Shown: positions 42,146 through 52,803 of the stretch, in pieces
How positions within the stretch are numbered: the stretch's first letter is position 1
How the letters are laid out: the number at the start of each line of letters is the position of its first letter
NCBI GenBank assembly: GCA_027339965.1
Contig: DAHWNL010000030.1
Span: 19,687-83,686 of the forward strand
Source: Granulicella sp.
GTDB lineage: Bacteria > Acidobacteriota > Terriglobia > Terriglobales > Acidobacteriaceae
Direction of reading: 5' to 3'
Length of the DNA: 64,000 nucleotides
Position numbers and translations under genes: made by a program
Notes under the pieces: model-generated
What the model was told of the DNA's origin: nothing
Database searches by the model: none
The model's input: the letters and a program-made list of their open reading frames with translations, nothing else

Positions 42146-43431
42146 ACCCTGAGATCGAATCCAGTAAGCCGGGTAGCCTGAAGGAGATTCAGGCTGCTGA
42201 GGCAAAACTCCTGATACAGACTTATGAGCGCAATCCGCTGCTGTTGGTCTCCGGTCAGGGAGTGCATCTGCGTGACGAGCAGGGCAACGAGTACCTGGAT
42301 CTGCTCAGCGGCATCGGCGTCTGCGCACTTGGCTACCAGCATCCGGTCCTCACAAGCGCCCTGCAGCAACAAAGCCAGGGCCTTTTGCACACCTCCAACC
42401 TCTTCTACCATCGCGGCACAAGCGAGTTGGCGCTTCGCCTGACCGAAATCACCGGACTGGATCGGGTTTTTTTCTGTAACACCGGCACGGAGGCCTGGGA
42501 AGCGGCGCTCAAGCTCGCCCGCGCACATGCCCGGCGGCTGCGCAGTCAGGGCAGGAAGATCGGAACCGGTATCCTGGCCATGGAGGACAGCTTCCACGGC
42601 CGCACCATTGGTTCGCTGGCCACCACTCACAAGCTCAAGTACCGCGAGCCCTTTGAACCGGTCATGCCCGGCGTCTCGTTTGTCCCCTTCAATAACGTTG
42701 CGGCGCTCCGTGCCGCCTTCTCCAGCGAAATCTGCGCCATCGCCATCGAGGTCATCCAGGGCGAAGGCGGCATCCATCCCGTCTCCCGGCAGTTTCTCGC
42801 CGCTGCTCGCGAGCTATGCGACTCCACTGGTGCCCTGCTGCTGCTGGATGAGATTCAGAGCGGGATGGGAAGGACCGGCCGCTGGTGCGCTTACCAGCAC
42901 TACGGCGTACAGCCGGATGTGACCACGCTGGCCAAGCCATTGGCCGGCGGCGTTCCCATCGGCGCCATGCTTTGCACCGAGGAGGCTTCGCTCGCCTTCA
43001 CCCCTGGCATGCATGGCACCACGTTCGGAGGCAATCCCCTGGCGTGCTCCCTGGCCATCGCCGTCATCGATGAGATCAAACGATCCCGGCTGCTGGATCA
43101 CGTGGCGTCTCTGGGAGAGTACTTTCTCGGCCGCCTACGCGGCCTGCAAACCAGCTTCTCCTGTATCCGCGCGGTGCGGGGTATGGGCTTGATGATCGGC
43201 GTCGAACTGGAGTCCGAAAGTCTGGCGCGGCAGATCCTTCAGGGCATGATGGAGCGCCGCATCATCCTCAATCGCACTCATGAGACCGTACTGCGCTTCC
43301 TTCCCCCCTATATTCTCTCGCGCCAGGACGTGGACCATGTCCTCGACGCGCTCAGCGAACTGCTGGCGACGCACGGCAACTCTTCCACAGAGAAAACGGC
43401 CGTGATGGATGGAGAGAAGATTCATGGATAG
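42142..43431 (+). CDS. argD: acetylornithine aminotransferase
   Basis: SFHGRT, IQGEGG, DEIQSGMGRTG, TLAK, HGTTFGGNP. Confidence 0.94.
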   Translation: MNPEIESSKPGSLKEIQAAEAKLLIQTYERNPLLLVSGQGVHLRDEQGNEYLDLLSGIGVCALGYQHPVLTSALQQQSQGLLHTSNLFYHRGTSELALRLTEITGLDRVFFCNTGTEAWEAALKLARAHARRLRSQGRKIGTGILAMEDSFHGRTIGSLATTHKLKYREPFEPVMPGVSFVPFNNVAALRAAFSSEICAIAIEVIQGEGGIHPVSRQFLAAARELCDSTGALLLLDEIQSGMGRTGRWCAYQHYGVQPDVTTLAKPLAGGVPIGAMLCTEEASLAFTPGMHGTTFGGNPLACSLAIAVIDEIKRSRLLDHVASLGEYFLGRLRGLQTSFSCIRAVRGMGLMIGVELESESLARQILQGMMERRIILNRTHETVLRFLPPYILSRQDVDHVLDALSELLATHGNSSTEKTAVMDGEKIHG

Positions 43432-44542
43432 CCCAACCAATGGCACCAAAGGAAATAAGACCATCGTCATGAACACTGCCAGAAATCAACGCTCCTCAGA
43501 CCAGACGGCATCTCTATCGCTGGGAATTCAATCCGATACCGCCTTCAACCAGGCTGTTCAGGGCTTGGCGGGGCGCGATCTTTGCTCCATTGCTGATCTC
43601 TCGGTCTCCGAAATGGCGGCCATTCTCGAACTCTCTCATTCGGTCAAGGCTCATCCTGAGGACTTCCGGCACGCCCTGGACGCCAAACAGATGGTTCTGA
43701 TCTTCGAGAAGGACTCCCTGCGCACCCGTCTCACCTTTGAAGCAGCGATGAATACCGCCGGGGGAAACGCCCTGTTCGTTGACCAGACGAAATCTCCCCT
43801 CGGAGAGCGGGAGTCGATTCCGGATGTAGCCCGCAATCTGGAGCGCTGGATGAACATGATCGTGCTGCGCACCTTCGCCCACGACACCATCACCGAAATG
43901 GCTGCCGTGGCCCGGGTTCCGGTGATCAACGCGCTCTCGGACCTCGAACATCCTTGCCAAGCCATTGCGGACTTCATGACCCTGGAGGAGCGCTTTGGAT
44001 CCCTGGCGGGGCTGCACTTCAGCTATGTCGGCGATGGCAACAACGTCTGCCACTCCCTGATGTTGACCGCGGCCCTGCTGGGCGTTCACACCACGATTGC
44101 CACTCCCAAGGGCTTCGAACCCAAACTGGAGATCGTCCATAAGGCGATTGAAATCGCCGAGAAGACCGGCGGCTCTCTCACCCTCACGCATGATCCTGTC
44201 AAGGCCGCCTCCGGTGCAGACGCCGTCTACACTGATGTCTGCACCAGCATGGGGCAGGAGCACGAGGCCGCACGCCGGGCGCCCATCTTCAAGCCCTTCC
44301 AGGTGAATGAAGATCTGATGAAGCGCGCCGGCGAGTCCGCGGTCTTCATGCACTGCCTGCCGGCCCACCGCGGCGCGGAAGTCACTGACGCCGTCATGGA
44401 CGGACCGCAGTCGATCGTCTTCGACCAGGCGGAGAACCGTCTGCACGCCCAGAAGGCCATCACGCTGATGCTCCTTGGCGGAGCCAAGCGCCTTCCTCAC
44501 CACCGCAACCCGGCTGCCCAGCACTCCCGCCGCAGACGCTAA
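43424..44542 (+). CDS. argF: ornithine carbamoyltransferase
   Basis: SLRT, HPCQ, GDGNN, D..TSMG, HCLP. Confidence 0.93.
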   Translation: MDSPTNGTKGNKTIVMNTARNQRSSDQTASLSLGIQSDTAFNQAVQGLAGRDLCSIADLSVSEMAAILELSHSVKAHPEDFRHALDAKQMVLIFEKDSLRTRLTFEAAMNTAGGNALFVDQTKSPLGERESIPDVARNLERWMNMIVLRTFAHDTITEMAAVARVPVINALSDLEHPCQAIADFMTLEERFGSLAGLHFSYVGDGNNVCHSLMLTAALLGVHTTIATPKGFEPKLEIVHKAIEIAEKTGGSLTLTHDPVKAASGADAVYTDVCTSMGQEHEAARRAPIFKPFQVNEDLMKRAGESAVFMHCLPAHRGAEVTDAVMDGPQSIVFDQAENRLHAQKAITLMLLGGAKRLPHHRNPAAQHSRRRR

Positions 44543-45919
<1,377 letters not shown>

Positions 45920-46016
45920 TTCCGGTTCGCTGTTCGCAGTCAAAATGCGTGGTTTGCCACATCTGGACCCTGCGCCAACGTCGCCGGACCCTAACCCCGG
46001 AGGAAGTTCTTCCCCA

Positions 46017-47519
46017 ATGTCCAACCAACCCGCCAAGATGTGGTCCGGACGCTTTCGCGAGCCTCTGGATAGAACATTCGAGCAGTGGCAGCGCTCCTTC
46101 CCCTTCGACTGGCGGCTGCTGCCTCAGGAGATCGCCGCCAGTGCGGCGCACGCCCGTATGATCGCTGCCGCCGGCGTACTCACTGCCGCGGAGCTGGAGA
46201 CCATGCTGCACGGTCTCGCCGTCGTAGGTTCGCAGGACGAGGCATGGTCCCATCGCATCTCCGTCTCCTCACCGGAGCCGGAGTACTCCGCCAGCACAGC
46301 GCAGATTGGCGCTGCCCTGGTCGCATCCTCCCCGCAGGCCGAAGACATTCATCACTTCGTCGAACTTCAGCTCCTCCAGCAGATCGGCCCCCTGGCGCTC
46401 AAGCTGCACACCGGGCGCAGCCGCAACGAGCAGATTGCGACCGACATGCGGCTTTTCGTTCGCGACAGCATCGATGCCACGCTGCGCGGCCTGGATAAGT
46501 GGATGGATGCTCTGCTCTCTGTGGCGGAGTCGGCCGGGGAAGCTGTCATGCCCAGTTACACCCATCTGCAACGCGCCGAGCCGGTGCTGGTGGCCCATTG
46601 GCTGCTGGCCTACGTCAACATGGTGGAGCGCGACCGCTCCCGGCTCGTCGACGCCAGAAGGCGCATGAATCTTTGCCCGCTTGGCTCGGGCGCCGTGGCT
46701 GGAGCAACGCTGGCCCTGGACCGCTCCATCGCCGCCGCAGCCTTGGGCTTCGACGCTCCCACGCCCAACAGCATGGACGCCACCAGCGACCGTGACTTCG
46801 CCATCGAGTTCACGCAATCTCTCTCCATCCTGGGAGTGCACATCTCACGCTTTGCCGAGGAACTCACGTTGTACTCCACCACTGAGTTCGGCTTCCTGGA
46901 TCTTCCCGAGCGCTTCTCCACCGGCTCCAGCGCTATGCCGCAGAAGAAGAACCCCGACCTGACCGAACTGCTCCGCGGCAAGTGCGCGCGTCTCGCCGGG
47001 GCTGTCACCACGCTCACCACGCTCGTCAAAGGCCTTCCCCTGGCCTACAACAAGGACCTGCAGGAGGGTCAGGAGCCGGTCTTTGACGCCGCCGACACCA
47101 TCAGCGGCATCCTCTCCGTGTTGCCGGCCTTTACCTCGGCTCTCCGTTTCCGGCTGGAAAAGATGAGCCTGGCCGCCCAGTCCGGTTATCTAAATGCCAT
47201 GGCCGCAGCCACCTATCTCACCTACAAGGGAGTTCCCTTCCGCAAGGCGCACGAGATCATCGGTAACGCAGTCCGCTTCGCCCTGGATTGCGGCGTGGAA
47301 CTCAACGCCCTCTCGCTCCAGCAGCTACAGCAGTTCAGCCCGGAGTTCGGCCCGGATTTTGCCGATGCAATTTCTCTGCAAGCTACGATTGATTGCCACG
47401 ACGTGCTGGGAGGAACCGCAACCCATCGCGTCCGCCAGGCGCTCGCGGCCGCGCGCCGGCGCTGGGCAGAGCGTGCCCGGGAGTCTCATATCCCGGACCC
47501 GGAGGCGGCCCATGGCTGA
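46017..47519 (+). CDS. argH: argininosuccinate lyase
   Basis: HTGRSRNEQ, YTHLQRA, GSSAMPQKKNPD, YNKDLQE. Confidence 0.97.
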   Translation: MSNQPAKMWSGRFREPLDRTFEQWQRSFPFDWRLLPQEIAASAAHARMIAAAGVLTAAELETMLHGLAVVGSQDEAWSHRISVSSPEPEYSASTAQIGAALVASSPQAEDIHHFVELQLLQQIGPLALKLHTGRSRNEQIATDMRLFVRDSIDATLRGLDKWMDALLSVAESAGEAVMPSYTHLQRAEPVLVAHWLLAYVNMVERDRSRLVDARRRMNLCPLGSGAVAGATLALDRSIAAAALGFDAPTPNSMDATSDRDFAIEFTQSLSILGVHISRFAEELTLYSTTEFGFLDLPERFSTGSSAMPQKKNPDLTELLRGKCARLAGAVTTLTTLVKGLPLAYNKDLQEGQEPVFDAADTISGILSVLPAFTSALRFRLEKMSLAAQSGYLNAMAAATYLTYKGVPFRKAHEIIGNAVRFALDCGVELNALSLQQLQQFSPEFGPDFADAISLQATIDCHDVLGGTATHRVRQALAAARRRWAERARESHIPDPEAAHG

Positions 47520-48063
47520 GGTTCGTATCCACAAGGCGCGTCTGCAGGACGCTCGCCACATCTTCGACCTGGTGAGCTCTCTCTCCGGCGATGGAACGCT
47601 GCTGCGCCGCAGCTACGCTGAGATCTGCGAGAACGTTCGGGACTTTACAGTCGCCGAGACCGAAGAGGGCGAGTTCCTTGGTTGCGGCGCTCTGCATCTC
47701 TACGGCCCGCATCTGGCCGAGGTGCGCTCCATCGTGATGAAACCGGAGGCAAGAGGCCAAGGCGCCGGGGGCAGGCTCCTGAATGCTTTGGTAGGGGAGG
47801 CCGAGGAACACGCCGTCGTCTCGGTCTGTCTTTTCACCCGGATTCCGGCCTTCTTTGAGCACTATGGCTTCCGTATCGCGGATCGGGACGCTCTGCCGGA
47901 CAAGATCTACAAAGACTGCCAGACCTGCCCGCGTCTCTACGCCTGCGACGAGGTAGCGATGGTTCGTGGTCCGCTGCCGCAGACCGCAGTTTTGGGGCCA
48001 CGCACCGTCCAGCGCCCCGAACTCGTCCAGCTGCAGCTCAGCTCCACCCTCACCGGCCGATAG
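47512..48063 (+). CDS. argA: short GNAT N-acetylglutamate synthase
   Basis: GCGALH...LAEVRS, RGQGAG, LPDKIYKDCQTCP...CDE; last gene of the arg operon. Confidence 0.8.
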   Translation: MAEVRIHKARLQDARHIFDLVSSLSGDGTLLRRSYAEICENVRDFTVAETEEGEFLGCGALHLYGPHLAEVRSIVMKPEARGQGAGGRLLNALVGEAEEHAVVSVCLFTRIPAFFEHYGFRIADRDALPDKIYKDCQTCPRLYACDEVAMVRGPLPQTAVLGPRTVQRPELVQLQLSSTLTGR

Positions 48064-48396
48064 CCCCAAATTCCACCCCTTCAGAGAGGAAGGTTCTTGG
48101 GGCACAGGGTCCGCACAAGACCGGGTTTGCACACGGTGTCGAGCATGCAACTGGCCAACGCCGCCGATCAAGCGCTGTGGATCATCCTTTGTCGGAACGG
48201 CGTTCAACGAACGATCCAGTAAGTCCCTCGGCTGGACAACCCCAGCCGGACTCTCACTCGCCAATGGCTCCTTCGACTTGCAAAGGATCTGGTTAGCCGA
48301 AATTCACAATGTGGCACTCAGTACTTCAATCCCGCGTTCGTCCGGCGGTGATTTCTCCCTTGGAAACTCGATCTCCGGTTCTCTCACGTTGAGCCC

Positions 48397-48511
48397 TAAA
48401 GCAGTTTCAGTGCAGGTGTACCCAATGCCTCGACTTCTTTGGGCATTTTCCCCAATGAAAACGCCACCGTAAGCCCTCTTCGGGACACGCATCAACACTG
48501 AAAATGCTATA
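48397..48511 (+). mobile_element. MITE copy D (diverged)
   Basis: TAAAGCAGTTTCAGTG...CACTGAAAATGCTATA in C|TA..TA|G context. Confidence 0.88.
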
Positions 48512-48786
48512 GCGGCCGCGCAACCGCCACCAATTCGAGCGACCAGACCAACTGCGTGATCTACTTTGTCTCACCCACCAAGTTCTACATCCTCACCATG
48601 CCGTCCGGCGATTCGGGCAACCCGATGATTGGAATCGGCAAGCCGAAGTCTCACTGTGCTTCATCCAATGCCTCGCTGTGAAACGGGCCGGCGCACCTCA
48701 AGCCGACTCGGTTTCTTCCATCGGCAAGATCTCCAGTGTTGCAGTAAGCCGGGCTCTGGACATCAGCGGGCGCTACACTTGACTCT

Positions 48787-49497
48787 ATGTCCACTGTTCC
48801 TCCCCGTCTGCTGGTCTTTGATCTCGACGGCACGCTCATCAACTCCTCGCCTGACCTGTGTAACTCTGTCAATGCCGCCCTGCAACACGTCGGGAAGCCA
48901 GTTCTACCCAACTCGCTCATCGCCAGTTACATTGGCGAGGGCGCTGCCATGCTGGTTCGCCGCGCGCTGGGCGATCCGCACAATCTTGACTCCCGTCATC
49001 CGACCGAATACGACGATCTCTTTCGCCGCACCTTCGACTTCTTCCTCAGCTACTATCGAGACCACAAATTGGACAATACCCACTGCTATCCGGGAGTGTT
49101 GGAGTCTCTGACGCAGATCCGCAGTCGCCATCCCGATCTTCTCATGGCCGTTCTCACCAACAAGCCGGTGAATCCTTCTCGAGAGATATGCAGTGCTCTG
49201 GGGCTGGAGCGCTTCTTCTTCCAGAACTACGGCGGCAACTCCTTTGACACCAAAAAGCCGGATCCGGAAGGGTTGCTCGCGCTGATTGCCGAAGCCGGCG
49301 ATCTCAACGGAGACCCGCTCTCAGCGGAGGAAACCTTCATGATCGGCGACTCCGATATCGATTTCCTCACGGCGCAACGTTGCGGCGCTCGCTTTCTGGG
49401 CTGCACCTTTGGCCTGGCCCCCGCGGCGCTGGCTGATGCCCAACCAGAGCTCACCGTGGACCATGCATTCCAGTGGCCGGATGCTCTGGGCCTTTAG
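48787..49497 (+). CDS. HAD hydrolase, phosphoglycolate phosphatase-like
   Basis: FDLDGTL, LTNK, KKPDP, MIGDS.ID. Confidence 0.9.
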   Translation: MSTVPPRLLVFDLDGTLINSSPDLCNSVNAALQHVGKPVLPNSLIASYIGEGAAMLVRRALGDPHNLDSRHPTEYDDLFRRTFDFFLSYYRDHKLDNTHCYPGVLESLTQIRSRHPDLLMAVLTNKPVNPSREICSALGLERFFFQNYGGNSFDTKKPDPEGLLALIAEAGDLNGDPLSAEETFMIGDSDIDFLTAQRCGARFLGCTFGLAPAALADAQPELTVDHAFQWPDALGL

Positions 49498-50429
49498 CGC
49501 CGTCCGTCAAGAGGCTCTGAGCCTGGTGCCTGCGGGGGCCACAGCCATGCCGCTCCACGGACACCGCTGGAGTCTCCATGTTGATTACGAAGAATCGGGG
49601 TCTGGACGCCTCCGCCAAATCCATAGTCACGCAGGCGAAGCGTCAGTTCCCCATCATAGAGCCTCTGCAAATTCGACAGCCCCCCACCGATCACAATCGC
49701 ATCCGGATCCAGCACATTGACGATTGTGGACAGACCTCGCGCCATGCGCTCAATCAGCCGGTCCAACGCCTGACGAGCCTCACACTCACCCGCCTCCGCT
49801 GCCGCGACGATCTCCGGTCCGCGCAGCTTCCGGCTGGTCTCCCGGGCGAAGTCCCGCTCCAACCCGGTGCCTGAGATCCAGGTCTCCAGGCAGCCATGCC
49901 GTCCGCAGTAGCACAGCGCTCCCGGCAACTCCGCCGCAGTGGCCCAGGGCAGCGGCGTGTGGCCCCACTCGCCTGCCAGTCCGTTGGGCCCGGCGTGGAT
50001 CCGCCCGGAGATCGACACTCCTCCTCCGCAACCGGTGCCGATGATCACTCCGAAGACGACTCCATACCCCCGGCCTGCACCGTCCGTCGCCTCGCTGATG
50101 GCGAAACAGTTCGCGTCATTGGCGCAACGCACCTCTCTCTCCAACTCCTTAGAAAGATCTTGCTGCAGTGGCTGGCCGTTTAGCCAGGTCGAGTTGGCAT
50201 TCTTCACCAGTCCAGTTGCGCGTACGATTGTCCCAGGAATGCCCACACCGACGGTTCCCATCTTTCCCGCCACGGACTCCAACTCCCTCACCAGGCCGGC
50301 GATGGCAGCTACAGTTCCCAGGTAATCTCCCTTGGGAGTCGGTCTGCGAATCCGCTGCAGCTCCACTCCCGACGCATCCAAGGCGATCGCTTCGATCTTC
50401 GTTCCTCCTACATCCACACCGATTCTCAT
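49494..50429 (-). CDS. ROK family sugar kinase (Mak/fructokinase-like)
   Basis: GVDVGGTK, NDANC, GEWGH, CYCGRHGCLE, HGDSSGVRGAAWL. Confidence 0.92.
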   Translation of the reverse strand: MRIGVDVGGTKIEAIALDASGVELQRIRRPTPKGDYLGTVAAIAGLVRELESVAGKMGTVGVGIPGTIVRATGLVKNANSTWLNGQPLQQDLSKELEREVRCANDANCFAISEATDGAGRGYGVVFGVIIGTGCGGGVSISGRIHAGPNGLAGEWGHTPLPWATAAELPGALCYCGRHGCLETWISGTGLERDFARETSRKLRGPEIVAAAEAGECEARQALDRLIERMARGLSTIVNVLDPDAIVIGGGLSNLQRLYDGELTLRLRDYGFGGGVQTPILRNQHGDSSGVRGAAWLWPPQAPGSEPLDGRR

Positions 50430-50629
50430 CGTCTCCCTATCAGATCCTTGCCCTTGACCATCGATTTACAACAGAATAGAGTCCCTCACTGGCGATTTTC
50501 CCACTTTCTCACCAATTCTGGTCTCGATTGCGACCTATCGTCTGCCGGCCCGTTGCTTCTCTTGACCCTATCACGCCTGACCCCAATGCCCCGTGGGGAC
50601 TGGGCTCGGTGTCGCACCGGGAGTTTCCA

Positions 50630-51427
50630 TCAAGCTCCCGGGATGCGCGTCAACACCAAAGCCAGCCCGATGCCCGCAGCCAATCCCAGGATCTGTCCCA
50701 ATACGGCCCTGGGTCGACGTTCATGATGCAGCTCCGGCAGCAAATCCACCATGGAGATATAAAGGAAACTGCCGGCGCTGACCGGTAGGAGCCACGCTGC
50801 TTGCCGCGATCCATACTCTCCCAGCAGTGCAACCAACACCCAGCCCAAAAGACTGGACCCCGCCACCAGAATCGCCAAAGTTGCGGCCCGGGTTCGATCG
50901 ATGCCCATATGCACCAACAGCGCCATGTCTCCCATCCGGTGCGGTACCTCGTGCAAACCTACCGCCAATGCTGTTACCCAGCCCACCGAAGAGCTGATGG
51001 TGAAAGCTGCGGCGACGCCGGCGCCATCCACCAAACTATGAGTAAAACTTCCCAGCAGCAGCGTCGCCGGCTTGGAGGGATGGTGAACATGAACATGCAA
51101 TCCACGCTCATGAGCTTCCTCAGCGTCCGTCGCCGGTTCCGCGGTAACTCCGGAAAGGACCTGAAAACTACGCTCAAAACCATAGAGACCAAACATCGTC
51201 AGCAACAGAACCAGCCATAAAGCGCTGCGATTGCCTAACGCGACCACCGCTTCTGGAATGAGGTGTAAGGTGCCGGTAGCCAGCAAAACGCCCACAGCCA
51301 CACTAATGACATAGGGCAAGGCACGCCGCAGCCAGAGCTCCGAGCGTCGCATAGAGATCACCGGAACCGCAGCCAGAACCTGCACGCCCATTACAGCCAT
51401 CAAGGATGTCAAGGACCTTGTCTGCAA
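50630..51427 (-). CDS. ZIP family metal transporter
   Basis: HLIPEA, His-rich loop, HSLVDG, HEVPHRMGD, AGSFLYI..DLLPEL. Confidence 0.9.
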   Translation of the reverse strand: MQTRSLTSLMAVMGVQVLAAVPVISMRRSELWLRRALPYVISVAVGVLLATGTLHLIPEAVVALGNRSALWLVLLLTMFGLYGFERSFQVLSGVTAEPATDAEEAHERGLHVHVHHPSKPATLLLGSFTHSLVDGAGVAAAFTISSSVGWVTALAVGLHEVPHRMGDMALLVHMGIDRTRAATLAILVAGSSLLGWVLVALLGEYGSRQAAWLLPVSAGSFLYISMVDLLPELHHERRPRAVLGQILGLAAGIGLALVLTRIPGA

Positions 51428-51649
51428 TGCCCCTCCCGAATGATGCTTTCATCTCAATGATGCTTTCATCTCCAAGATGCGCAACCCAATGTTGTTACCT
51501 GGAGCGGTACGGAATCCTCCGCGAAGAGTCTCCTGCCTGCCGGTGCGATCTCAAAGGCGGAGACGTTCTGCACTCCGTCGGCCGGCGTCCATGGAGGCAG
51601 AGCATGTCCGAAGCTCGGCTCCGCTTTCCTGCCCTGCAGATGCTTCCTT

Positions 51650-52714
51650 CTACTTTAGATTGGATAATGTCGGTTGCACATGCACGGTGACTCCGTTTTG
51701 GGCAGCCTCGTAAGCGATGATGCGTTTCAGCGTGTCGTCAGGGATCTCCATTGCAGGAAGGATGCGCCCATCCACCACCAGCACCGGTGCCGCATCAATT
51801 CCAGCTGCGCTCGCCAAGGCAATCGAAGCCTCCACATCCGCCTTGGTCTCGGGCAGAACCGCGCACGCGTTCACGGTCTTCGGATCGGCGCCCGCCTCTG
51901 AGATGGCAGCATCCAGACTCTTTGCCAATGTCTCAACAGTGAGTTGGCTCTGGCGGCTGAACACGCCATGAGCATAGACAAAGAAGGCCGCGTCACCCTT
52001 GGCTTTGCGCACGCAGACCCCATCCTCGGCGGCTCTCATCGCATAAGGACTTCCATCCGCGGGAAGGTTCTCAAAAACCAGGCGGGCCTGTGGGATACTC
52101 GCCATCAACTTGTCCACTTGCTCCTGCAACGCCTTTGCCCGAGTATTTAAGAGATCAGAAAACTCCACGAGCAAAACTCCGTTGCTGGCCGCGCCCTCAG
52201 CCGGACCTTTGGCCTGCTGCTGGAGGAGCGCCTGACGCTCAGCATAGGGATGCGCGCCAAAGTTGATCACTCCTCCGGAGATGGCATGTTGCCCGTCGGG
52301 CGTGATGAAAAACTCATTGCGCCCTATCTTTCCGGGTTGGTTCTTGTTGGCTGTAAAGACCACAACCCGCGCTACGCCTGGCGCACTGGTCTTCAAGATG
52401 GCGGCCACGCTCCAGCTCACATCCGGATCATAGCCCCACACCGCCTTCAGAAAGGCATTCACCTCGGCAACTGTCGGAGAACTGGCAGTGAAGTTCTTTA
52501 AATTCACAGGGGGAAACGGGTTCGTTGGCACCGCATTCGGAGCCGGAGCCTGCGGTTCATTCGCTTGCTGCGCCTGGGCTGTGGCTGGTGACATCTCCGG
52601 GGCGGCGGGCGTCTGCGCCCAACCCGAAGTTGCCGGCGCAGCGGGCTTCTGCCCCCAACCCAAAGCTCCTGTTGCGAACATCGTCCATCCCAGGATCCAT
52701 GCCATTTTCTTCAT
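51650..52714 (-). CDS. secreted DsbA/thioredoxin-fold protein lacking CxxC
   Basis: Signal peptide, 'GPAEG...LLVEFSD', 'GIDAAPVLVVDGR'; start approximate. Confidence 0.75.
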   Translation of the reverse strand: MKKMAWILGWTMFATGALGWGQKPAAPATSGWAQTPAAPEMSPATAQAQQANEPQAPAPNAVPTNPFPPVNLKNFTASSPTVAEVNAFLKAVWGYDPDVSWSVAAILKTSAPGVARVVVFTANKNQPGKIGRNEFFITPDGQHAISGGVINFGAHPYAERQALLQQQAKGPAEGAASNGVLLVEFSDLLNTRAKALQEQVDKLMASIPQARLVFENLPADGSPYAMRAAEDGVCVRKAKGDAAFFVYAHGVFSRQSQLTVETLAKSLDAAISEAGADPKTVNACAVLPETKADVEASIALASAAGIDAAPVLVVDGRILPAMEIPDDTLKRIIAYEAAQNGVTVHVQPTLSNLK

Positions 52715-52803
52715 GCGTTGCACCTTGTCCATCCTCCAACTTTTCTTCACAGTAGTCGCCATCTCCTGAAACCATCCAACCCATAGCCGTCTCTTCAACT
52801 TCA

